Positions 1 through 11,756 of a DNA stretch of 64,000 nucleotides are shown here, piece by piece. The stretch comes from Octopus vulgaris (lineage: Eukaryota). The first letter of the stretch is position 1; each line of letters opens with the position of its first letter. Location of the stretch: NCBI GenBank assembly GCA_951406725.2, contig OX597833.1:57412001-57476000 (forward strand), written 5' to 3'. The position numbers and the translations under genes are program-made. Below the pieces are notes generated by a model. That model saw only the letters and a list, made by a program, of their open reading frames with translations, was not told where the DNA came from and ran no database searches.

Positions 1-26
1 AACGATAAGGACAATATACTGTTAGT

Positions 27-61
<35 letters not shown>

Positions 62-192
62 CATGAAAAAGGAAAAGAGGGTGGGAAAGAGATCATTGTG
101 GAAAGAGAATGAGAGAGACGCAGGATACCAAAGAAAAAGAGAAAGAATGAGAAACATATAGGAGAGAGAGAGAGGGAGAGAGACAGACCGAC

Positions 193-225
<33 letters not shown>

Positions 226-230
226 CAGAC

Positions 231-272
<42 letters not shown>

Positions 273-341
273 CGAATGAAAAAGAAATAGAAAATAGGCC
301 AAAAATGTGTAACTAAGTGCTTCTAACTCTCTTATTATTAA

Positions 342-672
342 CTAGCACTATGACCTGGCAACACCGGGTCATAGTGCTAATGCATGCATATACAACTGCG
401 TGCGACCAATCACATACAGCTAGCTGGCATTCAATTGGCGTATCAAGTTTCGGGCATTTTGATTGGGTTTTGGATAGAAAATTCAGAAAAAAGTCACTTC
501 TATTGATTTTTTAATGGCTTTGTGGGGTGATTGGGGAAATGTAAAGATGTGCACGACCACCCTTGGACGGTTTTGAATGACTATAGAAAGTGCAAGCCCT
601 CTAACTGAAAAATTGTGGATTTGTATAAAGGACACACACACACAGACATTTTGCCATTTATATATAGAGAGA
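342..672 (-). mobile_element. Non-autonomous Helitron-like element
   Basis: On the minus strand it starts TCTCTCTATATATAAATGG and ends in the hairpin TAGCACTATGACC..GGTCATAGTGCTAG with terminal CTAG. It lies between A and T with no TSD. Confidence 0.7.
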
Positions 673-837
673 TTTTACAAAAAAAAAAAAAGAATGAATG
701 TAATTTTTACCATTAACAAGTAAAACTACATCAAAAGAACATTTTTTTTTTTTCAAAATTTTCAGATTAAAATTTGAGAAAATATGAGTGGTTAGAAAAA
801 AATAGAGAAAGATCCAACAAAACATTGGAGCCTAGGG

Positions 838-1252
838 CAGTGGTTCTCAACCATTTTTGACCTATGGACCCCTTTGATTGCTGTTTAACATGGAGGGGCC
901 CTCCTAACCATTTGATGTTAAAAAAATTAAATTATATTTTTAGAATTCAATATTATTAAGAATTACTCTTTTACTTGTTTCAGTCAGTCATTTGACTGTG
1001 GCCATGCTGGAGCACCAAAAATTGTTGAAGTAGCCGTATAAGCAATTTCATCATCATCATTTAACCTCTGTTTTCCGTGCTAGCATGGGTTGGACAGTTC
1101 GGCTGGGGTCTGGGAAGCCAAGAGGCTGCACCAGGCACCAGTCTGCTGATGTGGCAGTGTTTCTACAGCTATTGCATGTAAATATGAACAATGAAGTCTT
1201 ATGTGGACCCCACCCCCCAAGGGCCATATGGGACCCTGGCTGTGAACCGCTG
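838..1252. mobile_element. Degenerate hAT-type MITE interrupted by SINE tails
   Basis: Left end CAGTGGTTCTCAACC and right end GGCTGTGAACCGCTG. Internal similarity to 38779-39165. TSD degenerate. Confidence 0.5.
1029..1170 (-). mobile_element. 3' part of SINE-D with (GAT)n tail
   Basis: Reverse complement matches the CCAACCCATGCTAGCATGGAAA..TTAAA(GAT)n tail at 11100-11205 and 59150-59288. Confidence 0.65.
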
Positions 1253-1986
1253 GAGTAGACAGAGAGTGAGTGAGTGATGGAGTATTGTGTAGGGAGAATG
1301 AGAGAATGGCAGAATATACTGCATGAGAGAGAATAAGAAATATAGTGGAAAAAGAGAGAGAGAGAAATAGACCGAGAAACATAGAAAAAGAGAGGAAAAT
1401 AGAGGGAGAGAGAGAGAGAGTAAAAGGTTGTACTGCAGGGATCTTGTGACAAATGCCAAATCTTTATTGCTCGGCTCCTCTGTGTGTGTAGATGTTTGTT
1501 TAACAAAGGTCAACCAAGAAGTACACAGGAAAATAATGAAGAGAGCAAATGATGTCTGTTTGAAGGAGGACATCAAGAATTTGACCAACTGTTTATCTTA
1601 ACACTAGCCACCCCCACTTCTTTACCCATGCACTCATCCTCAATAAAAGTTGTTGTCGTTTAACCCCAGGTCAGTCAGCCCTATGACGACTTGAAGAAGT
1701 ATTCTTTAGACACCCCTGAAAATATGACCAGCATAATCTTTTCAAGGATATATAAATACTACTTTCTTTGTCCTTTCTTATCTAAAAACTGTTTCTGCTT
1801 CAATAAAACAAAGTTTTTCAAGAATAATCAAATCCATTTAAATATGAAATGATGCTTCATCAGATTGACATACCTTCTTAACTATTTGACGAAAAATATA
1901 GGTAATATAAACCACTAAATTCTTCGGATATTTAATATCCCTTAGGTGTATTTTACACCTAGCTAAACTGATATATAACATGGCCA

Positions 1987-2022
<36 letters not shown>

Positions 2023-2153
2023 TCTATAAAAAAGAAACAAACAAATTCACTACTAACAACATTGGCTAATTATATAGGGTACACAATTTCTTGGTGGGGA
2101 AGATGATCATGGGGTCTGAAGATGTAATATATATATATATATATATATATATA

Positions 2154-2261
2154 CAAGCAATGCCTTGATATATGAGTTAATTCATTCTTGGAAAAAACTC
2201 GTAAAAGCATGTAAACCTAGGGGTTTCATAAAGCGGGTCCTCATAAAGTGAGGGGTTACTG
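2154..2261. mobile_element. Possible Tc1/mariner (Tigger-like) MITE remnant
   Basis: Right end GAGGGGTTACTG followed by TA; weak inverted match at the left end after TA. Confidence 0.3.
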
Positions 2262-2808
2262 TATATCTAATTTAAAAAAAAAAAAAAGAATGGGGGCGGG
2301 GATGAATTGAAACATTTACAAACTATTAGTTTGTGGCTATAATGAATTCAGCCACTATTTAGAGTAATGTCATTTAAAATTTTTAAAAATTACTTTGTTT
2401 TTACCATCTTAGGTATATCATCTTATCAAATAGAAAAGAAAAAGAACAAAAGAACTCACCAGATTTTCAGTTAATTCATAACAGATAAAAGTAGTGTGGA
2501 ATACACACACACACTTACCTACAAATAAAAAAGAGAGAATATGTCAGAAGACGTGTCTTTTATTCAATACACATGATAACTTGTTTTCAAAAACAAACAT
2601 TATTCTTATCACAAATAACAATAATACTATTACTATAAACAGTATGAATAATAATACTTTCTATTATTGGCACAAAGCCTGAAATTTTGGGGCAGGGGTC
2701 TAGTCAATTATATTGACCCCAGTGCTCAACCGGTACTTAATTTATCAACCCAAAAAGGATGAAAGGCAAAGTTGACATTGGAGGAATTTGAACTCAGAAT
2801 GTAAAGAA

Positions 2809-3392
2809 GGCGCAGGAGTGGCTGTGTGGTAAGTAGCTTGCTTACCAACCACATGGCTCCGGGTTCAGTCCCACTGCGTGGCACCTTGGGCAAGTGTCTT
2901 CTACTATAACCTCAGGCCGACCAAAGCCTTGTGAGTGGATTTGGTAGACAGAAACTGAAAGAAGCCTGTCGTATAGCTCCTGCATGCATTTTTTTCTCTC
3001 CATGTTTCTTTTCTGTGTATCTTTCTGTTGAAGAGCGTAGGCTCGAAACGTAAAAGACTTGTTTTACTTCTATTCCTGAGCGCCATACTAATACAATTGT
3101 TTATTTGTACTCCACCTGCCTTCGTCTTTTGTTTATTTTCATAAAGTTTCCCATTATATATATATATATATATGTAAGTGTGTGTATATGTTTGTGCGTC
3201 TGTGTTTGTCCCCCTAACATCGCTTGACAACCAATGCTGGTGTGTTTATGTCCCCGTAACTTAGCGGTTCGGCAAAAGAGAACGATAGAATAAGTACTGG
3301 GCTTACAAAGAATAAGTCTTGGGGGCGATTTGCTCGACTAAAGTTGGTGCTCCAGCATGGCCGCAGTCAAATGCCTGAAACAAGCAAAAGAG
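2809..3392 (+). mobile_element. SINE-A full length, with an insertion in its internal (TA)n tract
   Basis: GGCGCAGGAGTGGCTGTGTGG (A-box-like), GGTTCAGTCCC (B-box-like), CORE-like CCTTGGGCAAGT, internal microsatellite and GGTGCTCCAGCATGGCCGCAGTCAAATG tail. Many copies in the window. Confidence 0.85.
3020..3057 (+). ncRNA. Minimal type I hammerhead-ribozyme-like fold (variant core CUGUUGA) in a ~180-bp repeat at 2976-3155
   Basis: Stem I TCTTT/AAAGA, core CTGTTGA+A, stem II GAGC-GTAG-GCTC, then GAAA, CG, TA. Related copies at ~23750 and 47756. Confidence 0.6.
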
Positions 3393-4652
3393 TGTGGATG
3401 CAATGCCACTAAGCATGTTGTCTGGCATGCTAACAATACAAATAATAACGAATGATGACATATTCATTCTTAATAGATTCTGGCAGATTCAAATGTGAAT
3501 ATGTCAATTGCTGTGGTATTTTGTCATTGTAGAACAACTCCATTCAGACAATGTGTGTTCTCGATACACTAGATTCATTAGCATAAGGAGACTTTGGAAC
3601 ACCTAATGTTTCAACATCATTGTGTCCCCTCAATTAAAGTTGCTCTGGACAAATGAATCTAAGTCTGTATCTCTTCATCATAAATTCAACAAATTGTTTG
3701 CTGGTGCATACTGATATCTACCAGTTGATATCTTCTACTATAGGTATATCAACCAAAGAAGTCCATCATATGCATATTAAATTACCAGTTGATAATATCT
3801 TCTACTATAGGTATATCAACCAAAGAAGTCCGTCATATGCATATTAAATTATGTATGCATGCATGCATGTGTGTGTGTGTCCTGTTTGTCACCCATCACT
3901 ACTTGACAACTAGTGTTGGTTTGTTTTCATCCCCATCACTTACTGATTCAACAAAAATGGATGATAGAATAAGGTACAAGGCCATTTGGGTAGGGCGTAA
4001 TTCGAGGAAGATTTACTGCTGTTTCTAGCAGATTGAGTGACTGCTGACCTAAATTAACCCTCAAGTCAACAACACGGCTTCAAAGTGAGTTGTTCAGTGT
4101 GGTAGACATAGCAGCGTAATCTCCCTCGAATCACACTTTATCATCTATAAAAAAGAAACAAACAAATTCACCACCACCAGCATTGGCTAATTATATAGGG
4201 TACACAATTTCTTGGTGGGGATGATGATCATGGGGTCTGGGGTCTGAAGATGTAATGCCTTTGATCTTCACCAGGAGCTAACAACAACAACGGCAATGAT
4301 AATAATAACCCACACAAAGTCTAAGAGGACATTTTAATCTTATTTTTAAATCAACAAGTTATTGGCTGCGACTGGATAATTACAGGTACTGAGGAGTCAG
4401 TGAAGTGGATGAATTCAAGCGTGAAATGAACCAATGTGACATAACAAACTTAAATAACAGACAAGAGAACAAACAGTTTAACCCTAATAAGACCAACCAG
4501 CCTGAGACTGCTTCTGGATCAATGATACAATCTACCCTCTTTTAAAAGCTTATCAAAATTACAACCTTCCCTCAAAATTCCAAGTTAATTTATGGTCCAA
4601 ACACCAGCTTAATATAGAGAGTTATTTTAATAATAATAATAATAATAATGAT

Positions 4653-5069
4653 GCGCAGGAGTGGCTGTGTGGTAAGTAGCTTGCTTACGAACCACATGGT
4701 TCCGGGTTCAGTCCCACTGCGTGGCATCTTGGGCAAGTGTCTTCTACTATAGCCTTGGGCCAACCAAAGCCTTGTGAGTGGATTTGGTAAATGGAAACTC
4801 AAAAGAAGCCCGTTGTATATATGTATATATATATATGTGTGTGTGTGTGTATGTTTGTGTGTCTGTGTTTGTTTGCATCCCTATCACTTATATATATATA
4901 TATATACATATATACAACGGGCTTCTTTTGAGTTTCCGTCTACCAAATCCACTCACAAGGCTTTGGTCGGTCCGAGGCTATAGTAGAAGACACTTGCCCA
5001 AGATGCCATGCAGTGGGACTGAACCCGGAACCATGTGATTCATAAGCAAGCCACTTACCACACAGCCAC
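4653..5069. mobile_element. Two SINE-A 5' halves in inverted orientation
   Basis: 4653-4870 on plus and ~4889-5069 on minus, with (AAT)n on both flanks. Confidence 0.85.
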
Positions 5070-6505
5070 ACTTTATAATAATAATAATGATCCTTTCTAC
5101 TACAGACACAACACCTGCAGTTTTAGTAAGACACCACAAGTACCATCTTCACTACAACCACCACTAGGGCCATAGTTATTACCATCCTTACTACCATCTA
5201 AACAACAACCTCCCAACAAGTAGCCCCACCATCAGTGTAACTACCACTGCCACCACAAACTGCTAGAGTCACCACTGCAGTTCCCTCCACCACCACTGCC
5301 TTCACCAGACTACGGGTATTGTGTTTGAGACCTGACCCTTGAAGGCCCCCTCCTATTACATTTATTGCTCTTCCCTCCTCACCCCTAGCTCTCTCTTTCT
5401 CAGTCATATTTTAAGGGTGTTGAGTTCAATTATACCCTTTTCACTCCAGTACAGATTTTATTTTATGGTCTACAGAGATGTGAACAGACTGAAGAGGAGG
5501 TGGAGGAGGAGGTTGAAAACCAGAGGGAGGAGGAGGAGGAGGTGGTGGTGGTGGCGTGAAATATTTTAACACAATCTTTGTAAAAGAGAGGGGATTGCTT
5601 AACAGAGGTGGAGAGTACTGTTGAACTGAAGTGATTTACAAGGGATATATTTCATTGCCAAAGCTTCCAGTTCAAACTCTGTGTCAGTAGAGAGAGAGAG
5701 AGACAGAGAGAGAGAGAAAGCAATGGTGGGATGCGAGGTGGGGGATAAAGAGAAAGAAGAAGAGAGATGAAATATGCTCCAGTATTTTCTGATTTTTTTG
5801 GGCTTACTCCTTTGGTAAGAAAAATTCTCAGTTGGAGATGGAAGGAAAAATAATGACAGTAGCTGTGAAGATGATGATGGCTACGGTTGCAATTAATGAT
5901 GATGATGATGATGATGGTGGTCATGGTGGTAGTTCTGATATCTGCTACACCCCCACCATATCACCACAATACTAAATGTCCCTACCTGACTAGGACCCCC
6001 CCCCCAAAAAAAAAAAAAAATAGAATCTTAACGGTGGCTTACTGGTTAAGAAGCTTGCTTTGCAGCCAACCATATGGTTTTGAGTTCAGTTTCATTGTGA
6101 AGCACTTTGGTCGGCCCAGGGTTATAGTAGAAGACACTTGCACAAAGCCTTGTGAGTACATTTAGAAGACAGAAACTGGGTGGAAGCCCAACATACGTAG
6201 GCATTTGTGTGTGTGTGTGTATCTCTATTTGTACCTACCACCCACCCAACCACTGATTGATAACTGGAGTTGGTTTGTTTACATCCCTGTAACTTAGTGG
6301 TTTGCTACAAGAGTCTTAAAGAATAAGTACTCTTTCGCCACAACTTTCTCTCACTCTTCTGTTGGCCTGCTTGCTTAGCCAGCAGGGTGGTGTCACTTGA
6401 AGGCTAAAACAATGCAAAGCGCATTGTGACCAGCGATGTGTAGCAACATCTGATAGCCTGGTCGGTCACGGTGATATATATATATATATAGATATATCTA
6501 TATAT

Positions 6506-6802
6506 ATCACGTGACTGACCAGTCCATCAGATGTAGTCACACATTGCTGGTCACAATGCGTTCGCATTGTTTTAGCCTTCGAATGACACCACCCCGCTGG
6601 CTAAGCGAGCAGGCCAACAGAAGAAAGAGTGGGAGAAAGAGTGGTGAAAGAGTACAGCAGGGATCACCACCCCCTGCCGGAGCATCATGGAGCTTTTAGG
6701 TGTTTTCGCTCAATAAACACTCACAACGCTTGGTCTGGGAATCGAAACCGTGATCCTATGACCGCGAGTCCGCTGCCCTAACCACTAGGCCATTGCACCT
6801 CC
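6506..6802 (-). mobile_element. SINE-C (tRNA-Arg-like head), short-tail form
   Basis: Reverse complement begins GGAGGTGCAATGGCCTAGTGGTTAGGGCAGCGGACTCGCGGTC..GGTTTCGATTCCC. Highly similar copy at 46585-46883. Confidence 0.85.
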
Positions 6803-6828
6803 ACATATCTATATCTATATATATATCA

Positions 6829-6865
<37 letters not shown>

Positions 6866-7218
6866 GTGAATGTGTGTGTAGCACTTATTGCATCACTGAA
6901 ATCCAAGTGACATTCTTAGCAAAAATGTTTTAATTCCCTTAGAGACTGCCATTAACTGTGACTTTTCTTGGCTTCCAGAATTTGAAGAAAATCTATTTCA
7001 AGCAACAAATATCAACCAGCACTAGAAACCACTATTAACACTTTTAAATTTAATTAAAAGTAAGTAAAATAACACAAACATACACATAGGTGTGTTGAGT
7101 CTATGTAATTGCTCAGTATGCTAGAGAGAGCAGCCAAATCTCCCAACCCCCACCAAAAAAAAACACCCTGACCCTATCAGTTTGGTGCGGATTTCCCTTG
7201 AGGATTACACGAAGCATA

Positions 7219-7640
7219 GGCGCAGGAGAGGCTGTGTGGTAAGTAGCTTGTTTACCAACCACATGGTTCCGGGTTCAGTCCCACTGCGTGGCACCTTGGG
7301 CAAGTGTCTTCTACTATAGCCTCGGGCCGACCAAAGCCTTGTGAGTGGATTTGGTAGACGGAAACTGAAAGAAGCCTGTCATATATGTGTATATATATAT
7401 ATATATATGTGTGTATATATATATATGCGTGTGTGTGTTTGTGTGTCTGTGTTTTTTCCCCTAGCATTGCTTGACAACCGATGCTGGTGTGTTTATGTCC
7501 CCGTTACTTAGCAGTTCGGCAAAAGAGACCGATAGAATAAGTACTAGGCTTACAAAAGAAGAAGTTCCGGGGTCGAGTTGCTCGATTAAAGGCGGTGCTC
7601 CAGCATGGCCGCAGTCAAATGACTGAAACAAGTAAAAGAG
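7219..7640 (+). mobile_element. SINE-A full length
   Basis: Complete head, internal (TA)/(TG) tract and GTAAAAGAG tail. Confidence 0.9.
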
Positions 7641-7942
7641 CAACTAAATTAGCAGCTTCTGGATAAATCTATCAGGTTATTTATGAACCAAAAATGAAGG
7701 TATCTACATGGTTGCCTAATCTGCTAAAAATAGCAGCCAATTTCCCTTGCATTACAATCTAGCATTTGAAAGTTGGGATGGTCACATTACCGAAGTATTT
7801 TTGATCTGTTAGATCTGGGTTAACATAAGCAAAATAACCTGGTTATTATTTTCATGCATTTTGAAAGAAAATTTTTTTTTTTTAACTATATACTTCAAAA
7901 CAATTGTTGCCGGACAACTTAGCAAGTCGCATGAAAACAAAC

Positions 7943-7990
<48 letters not shown>

Positions 7991-8456
7991 TAAATAAAAC
8001 ATAAAAAATAACCACAACCCATTCTCATGTGCACACACAATTAATCTTTGTACTTATCTGTGGAAATAAAAACCTTGTTTAGATAAAGCAGCTTGTCCCA
8101 TTATATAGGACAATGACAACTAAGCGAGCAATTGATACTTGCTGGGTGACTAATTCAAAGGTAATACAAGATTACTTTAGTTTAAGATAAGCACTTGATT
8201 GTTGAAATTCAAAAATTATATACTATGCAGAAGAGCAGGTTAGAGTAAACGTGTTGCGTTTGTAGGAAAACTGTAACAAGTGGTGAAGGCCTGGCATTAT
8301 TTTTATTTTTATCTTCTGCTTGTTTCGGTCGTTGGACTGCAGCCATGCTGGGGCACTCTTCCTTGAAGGTTTTTAATAGAACAAATTGACTCCATCGCTG
8401 TGTGTGTGTACATGCATATTCACGAGTATGCACACTTTCATATATGTGAGTGCACA

Positions 8457-8502
<46 letters not shown>

Positions 8503-8505
8503 TTG

Positions 8506-9472
8506 TATTTCTTTATTGCTCACAAGAGGCTAAAGATACAGGGGACAAACAAGGACAGATAAAGGGATTAAGTCGATTAGATAGATCCCAGTGCATAACT
8601 AGTACTTATTTAATCGACCCCGAAAGGATGAAAGGCAAAGTCGACCATGACAGAATTTAAACTCAGAATGTAACTGCAGATGAAATACCTATTTCTTTAC
8701 TACCCACACGGGGCTAAACACAGAGGGGATGAACAAGGACAGACAAACGGATTAAGTCAATTACATCAATCCCAGTGCGTAACTGGTACATATTTAATTG
8801 ACCCCGAAATGATGAAAGGCAAAGTCGACCTTGGCGGAATTTGAACTCAGAATGTAACTGCAGATGAAATACCTATTTCTTTACTACCCACACGGGGCTA
8901 AACACAGAGGGGATGAACAAGGACAGACAAACAGATTAAGTCAATTACATCAATCCCAGTGCGTAACTGGTACATATTTAATTGACCCCGAAATGATGAA
9001 AGGCAAAGTCGACCTTGGCGGAATTTGAACTCAGAATGTAACTGCAGATGAAATACCTATTTCTTTACTACCCACACGGGGCTAAACACAGAGGGGATGA
9101 ACAAGGACAGACAAACGGATTAAGTCAATTACATCAATCCCAGTGCGTAACTGGTACATATTTAATTGACCCCGAAATGATGAAAGGCAAAGTCGACCTT
9201 GGCAGAATTTGAACTCAGAATGTAACTGCAGATGAAATACCTATTTCTTTACTACCCACACGGGGCTAAACACAGAGGGGATGAACAAGGACAGACAAAC
9301 GGATTAAGTCAATTACATCAATCCCAGTGCGTAACTGGTACATATTTAATTGACCCCGAAATGATGAAAGGCAAAGTCGACCTTGGCGGAATTTGAACTC
9401 AGAATGTAACGGCAGACGAAATACTGCTATGCATTTCCCCTGGCATGCTAACGTTTCTGCCAGCTCGCCACC
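8506..9472 (-). repeat. SINE-B head followed by five tandem 184-bp body units
   Basis: ACTCAGAATG recurs at 8661, 8845, 9029, 9213 and 9397. The head (reverse complement GGCGAGCTGGCAGAAACG) occurs once, at ~9425-9472. Confidence 0.9.
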
Positions 9473-10221
9473 ATAGGAACACACACACACACACACAGTT
9501 CCCATGTACCAATTTCACTCATGAGGTATTGTTCAGCCTAGAGCAATAATAGAAAACACTCGGCCAAGGTGACACGCTGTGGGACTGAACTTGAGACTAT
9601 GTGGCTGCCAAGCAAACCTCTTAACCACACAGCCATGCCTGCATCTATATAATATATACATCAAAAGCAGAATATTGAAGACTAAAAATACTATTCCACC
9701 CTCTATTAATTACACCCATCCACCCTTTTCTTGCTCCGCCACCACTGCAACCATTCAACACAAGCTCTTTCCAACTGCAAAAGAAAAAAAATTCCCCAAG
9801 AGAAAACTGGTATTTTTAACAGTAAATTTAGAAATATGTTTCAAATCAAAATGGCCATTAGCATTTACGAATAGTCTCTCTCTCTCTCTCTCTTCCTTCT
9901 CTTTTATCAACACTCCTCCTTTCTCACTCCCACTGGTAGTATCATCTGAGGCTAACTTCAGATACAAATGAGGTCCCAAGGTGGTGAAAGAAGCAATGTT
10001 GCCAACATACCATTCCAATTACGTAACTCAAAAGGAGAAACGTATGCACAGAATTCAGTTTATATTCTAAAGGATTAACAAATTCATCCTTCCATTGCTG
10101 TGCTTCTACCAAATTACACTATCTCTAGGTTTCAATTAATTCTGAAACTTTAGCCGCTCACCTCCTAGTATTAAACTTATCTCACTTTCTACTACATACT
10201 CACTCTGTGCCCCCAGTTGCT

Positions 10222-10465
10222 ACTTTATCAACCCCGAAAGGATGAAAGGCAAAGTCGACTTCGGCGGAATTTGAACTCAGAATGTAACTGCAGATGAAAT
10301 ACCTATTTCTTTACTACCCACAAGGGGTTTAACACAGAGGGGACGAACAAGGACAGACAAACGGATTAAGTTGACCTTGGTGGAATTTGAACTGGCAGAC
10401 GAAATACTTATTTCTTTAATACCCACAGAGGGGACGAACAAGGATAGACAAACGGATTAAGTAAG
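10222..10465 (-). mobile_element. Partial SINE-B multimer with internal deletions
   Basis: Same body sequence as the array, with junctions GAAATACCTATTTC and GAAATACTTATTTC. Confidence 0.75.
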
Positions 10466-10681
10466 ACAAAGATCCCTTTCTACCCAGTTAGAGAGGATCT
10501 TAGTTTTTTAAGAGTTGCATGACAAACCTACTGGTGTTGGTGCCGTGAAAATGGTGCTCAGTAAACTCTGTAAATTGAGAGGAAGGGCATCCAGCTGGGC
10601 CAAAACAAACATTGGAGCACAATGCAATTCTTGCACTTCTCAGATCCTGTTGAACTGTTCCATCATTGCCAGCATGGAATA

Positions 10682-11070
10682 CTCTCTTTACTCTTTTTTA
10701 CTTGTTTCAGTCATTTGACTGCGGCCATGCTGGAGCACCGCCTTTCGGGACTTATTCTTTTGTAAGCCCAGTACTTATTCTATCGGTCTCTTTTGCCGAA
10801 CCGCTAAGTAACGGGGACATAAACACACCAGCATCGGTTGTCAAGCGATGTTGGGGAGACAAACTCAAACACACACACGCACACATATATATATATATAC
10901 ATATATACAACGGGCTTCTTTCAGTTTCCGTCTACCAAATCCACTCACAAGGCTTTGGTCAGCCCGAGGCTATAGCAGAAGACACTTGCCCAACATGCCA
11001 CGCAGTGGGACTGAACCCGGAACCATGTGGTTGGTAAACAAGCTACTTACCACACAGCCACTCCTGCGCC
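10682..11070 (-). mobile_element. SINE-A near full length, between SINE-D fragments
   Basis: Reverse complement of the SINE-A consensus. SINE-D-like sequence at ~10530-10680 and 11098-11205. Confidence 0.85.
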
Positions 11071-11409
11071 TATGGATTTTCAAAGATGTTGATGCACCAG
11101 ATTGGAGCCTGGTGCAGCCAGCCATCTGGTTCGCCAGACCTCAGTCAAATCGTCCAACCCATGCTAGCATGGAAAGCGGACGTTAAACGATGATGTTGAT
11201 GATGAATCGGAACTAGAGGCAGTTTCAGGTAGGTTGGAACCACAAGGATTAACACACACACACACATACGCACAGAAATTTATTTTAAAATAAATACATT
11301 TTTTTAGGACAACACAACAATTATAAGCAATCCCTACAACTTGCAATACTGGACTATTTTGTGCATGTGTATGAGTGTGCATATGTATAACCTAAAGATC
11401 TAAATGGTA

Positions 11410-11756
11410 GGGATTCAAAGAGTCGGGATTCAAAAAGTCAAGATTCGAAGACTCAAAATTCAAGGAGTCAAGATTCAAAGAGTCAAAATTCGAAGAGTCA
11501 AAATTCAAAGAGTCAAAATTCAAAGAGTCAAAATTCAAAGAGTCAAAATTCGAAGAGTCAAAATTCGAAGACTCAAAATTCGAAGAGTCAAAATTCGAAG
11601 AGTTAAAATTCAAAGAGTCAAAATTCAAAGAGTCAAAATTCAAAGAGTCAAAATTCAAAGAGTCAAAATTCAAAGAGTCAAAATCCAAAGAGTCAAAATC
11701 CAAAGAGTCAAAATTCAAAGAGTCAAAATCCAAAGAGTCAAAATTCAAAGAGTCAA
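11410..11756. repeat. 15-bp minisatellite (GAGTCAAAATTCAAA), about 23 units
   Basis: Period 15 is directly visible; it gives the (VKIQR)n and (FDSLN)n ORFs. Confidence 0.95.

Noticed and set aside
3719-3850. ~65-bp tandem duplication
   Set aside because: An ordinary local duplication within a decayed SINE-A remnant.
8506-9472. Hammerhead ribozyme in the 184-bp unit (classical retrozyme)
   Set aside because: No CUGANGA..GAAA core with supporting stems was found by eye on either strand.
10666-11186. Recurrent peptides such as FRLPNPLTRLWSARGYSRRHLP and FDCGHAGAPP, resembling a gene family
   Set aside because: They are frames of the non-coding SINE-A sequence, broken differently in each copy.
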